From IMG/VR virus record IMGVR_UViG_3300045988_141580: DNA of 64,000 nucleotides; one strand, 5' to 3'. A model generated the notes under the pieces. The model saw only the letters and a program-made list of their open reading frames with translations. It was not told where the DNA came from and did no database searches. The translations under genes were made by a program, and so were the position numbers. Within the stretch, counting starts at the first letter, position 1, and each line of letters starts with the position of its first letter. Origin of the DNA: a virus. Positions 62,874 to 64,000 of the stretch are shown here, in pieces.

Positions 62874-62906
62874 GCAAAGTTGCATAATCGTCCTGGAATA
62901 TCCAAG
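62874..62906 (-). promoter_or_regulatory. Phage promoter cassette copy
   Basis: CTTGGATATTCCAGGAC-N7-CAACTTTGC. Confidence 0.6.
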
Positions 62907-63007
62907 AGTGATTCTGGAATTTTCCATAAAAATTATAGCGGCCTGAACTCACGCCCAGACCGCTGCCAACATTGGTAAAACTTTTAATATATGACAAATT
63001 TATAAAG

Positions 63008-63439
63008 CTATCTGTCCTTCTCAGGATTGTATGCATTAAGGCGCACATTGGCGACCTTAACACTCCTGTCCATAGGGTCAGTGGAGAGCACTATCTGACC
63101 ATAGCCGTGCTCCAGAATGTACGCACCGAGCGCCTTGGTGGCTTCGTCCCAGAACTCCTGCATAACAGCTGGACTAAAGTCCATTGCCTGCCCTCCGGAT
63201 CTCTGCTGGAACATGACATCACTTCTACCCCACTTCTTACCGTTGCACCAGATTCCGGCCTTGGTCACGTGCAGTGACACGAACGGTGTCACGTCAGGAT
63301 CAAGAGGTCTGTCAGTGTAGGTGGAGTTCAACACCTTATGCCACCCCAGATTCACTCTCTGCACCTCCTCGTCAATGGCCTGTTCCAGTCGCCTTGGACT
63401 GAACACCATCACTATTCTTTTCCAGATGCTGTATTTCAT
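63008..63439 (-). CDS. Hypothetical protein
   Basis: 143-aa ORF. Confidence 0.7.
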   Translation of the reverse strand: MKYSIWKRIVMVFSPRRLEQAIDEEVQRVNLGWHKVLNSTYTDRPLDPDVTPFVSLHVTKAGIWCNGKKWGRSDVMFQQRSGGQAMDFSPAVMQEFWDEATKALGAYILEHGYGQIVLSTDPMDRSVKVANVRLNAYNPEKDR

Positions 63440-63441
63440 AG

Positions 63442-63891
63442 CTATTCGAGATTTGCCTTAATCATCCACAGTTCCTTCTGCATCTCCTCGGTCATGTTCT
63501 CCAGAAATGATCGTGTGGCAATGTCGTCCTCAGGGGTTGCCCTGTGAACGTCCACTATAATGTTAATTGTGTTGCTCCACAGACGAGCAAGATTGTTCCA
63601 CACAGATTTCATATCATGGTTGTTAGCCGAGCTGCCAATGGTGGATATGAGTGTTCTACGTTCCATCTCCTCTATGGAATCTGGAGCAACTCCACCCAGA
63701 GCACGAACCCTCTCAGCCGTGGCGTCCACACGTTCCTGCTCGGCCTCATAAAGATCCTTCAGAAAGTCGTGAGCCGCCTTGAACCCCATTCCTGTCACGT
63801 TCCAGTGACAGCCCCAAGCGTGAGTCATCACGGTGAAGTGTGAACCCAGAAGCTCGTTCAGCCTCTTAATGGTAATGTTTTCTTCTGCCAT
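63442..63891 (-). CDS. Dps-like ferritin-fold protein
   Basis: LNELLGSHFTVMTHAWGCHWNVTGMGFKAAHDFLKDLYEAEQERVDATAERVRALGGVAP matches the Dps pattern (HWnV.G..F...H..f...y......D..AERi..lGg.p). Confidence 0.8.
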   Translation of the reverse strand: MAEENITIKRLNELLGSHFTVMTHAWGCHWNVTGMGFKAAHDFLKDLYEAEQERVDATAERVRALGGVAPDSIEEMERRTLISTIGSSANNHDMKSVWNNLARLWSNTINIIVDVHRATPEDDIATRSFLENMTEEMQKELWMIKANLE

Positions 63892-64000
63892 AATTCTATC
63901 GTTTTAATGTATGTATGCAAATAACGTTCCGTCAGATGTCCAGTCCTTCAGTCAGGCTCTCTATCAAAGGTGGTGACGATAAGTCAGGAGGGGCAGACCC

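Noticed and set aside
1-64000. Genome-wide stop-codon reassignment (TAG or TGA recoding) as seen in some gut phages.
   Set aside because: All large structural and enzymatic ORFs (up to 905 codons) are uninterrupted under the standard code. Only the single TAG at 60503..60505 is suspicious.

Overview
Dense, almost entirely minus-strand segment of a contractile-tailed (myovirus-type) phage. The host is most likely in Bacteroidota: TAnnTTTG -7 boxes, no Shine-Dalgarno sequences, BACON-like and DUF5675-like domains. 1-41.4 kb is the late/virion block, read right to left: two large NRRLxRVG-motif proteins, portal, MuF-like protein, Nudix-domain protein, prohead protease, scaffold, major capsid, neck proteins, BACON-type fibre/decoration proteins, sheath, tube, chaperones, tape measure, M15-peptidase hub, baseplate, tail fibre, HNH, DEDDh exonuclease, and an intein-containing terminase large subunit that runs off the left edge. 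41.4-42.4 kb is an ORF-free control region with an oversize tRNA-like gene, nested hairpins and a 22-bp iteron array. 42.5-45.4 kb is the only plus-strand island (Rep-like initiator, secreted protein, small ORFs). 45.6-64 kb is an early/middle block of small genes, many preceded by a conserved promoter-plus-leader cassette (12 copies in the window). This block encodes a HAD phosphatase, HU-like protein, holin/glucosaminidase pair, UvrD-like helicase, Dam methylase, J-domain protein, DnaA-domain-IV-like protein, ECF-type sigma factor and Dps-like ferritin. It also contains an approximately 890-bp ORF-free, hairpin-dense, strand-skewed region (59.3-60.2 kb). I saw no integrase, CRISPR array, rRNA or transposase. 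All domain calls come from motif recognition by eye, not from searches.
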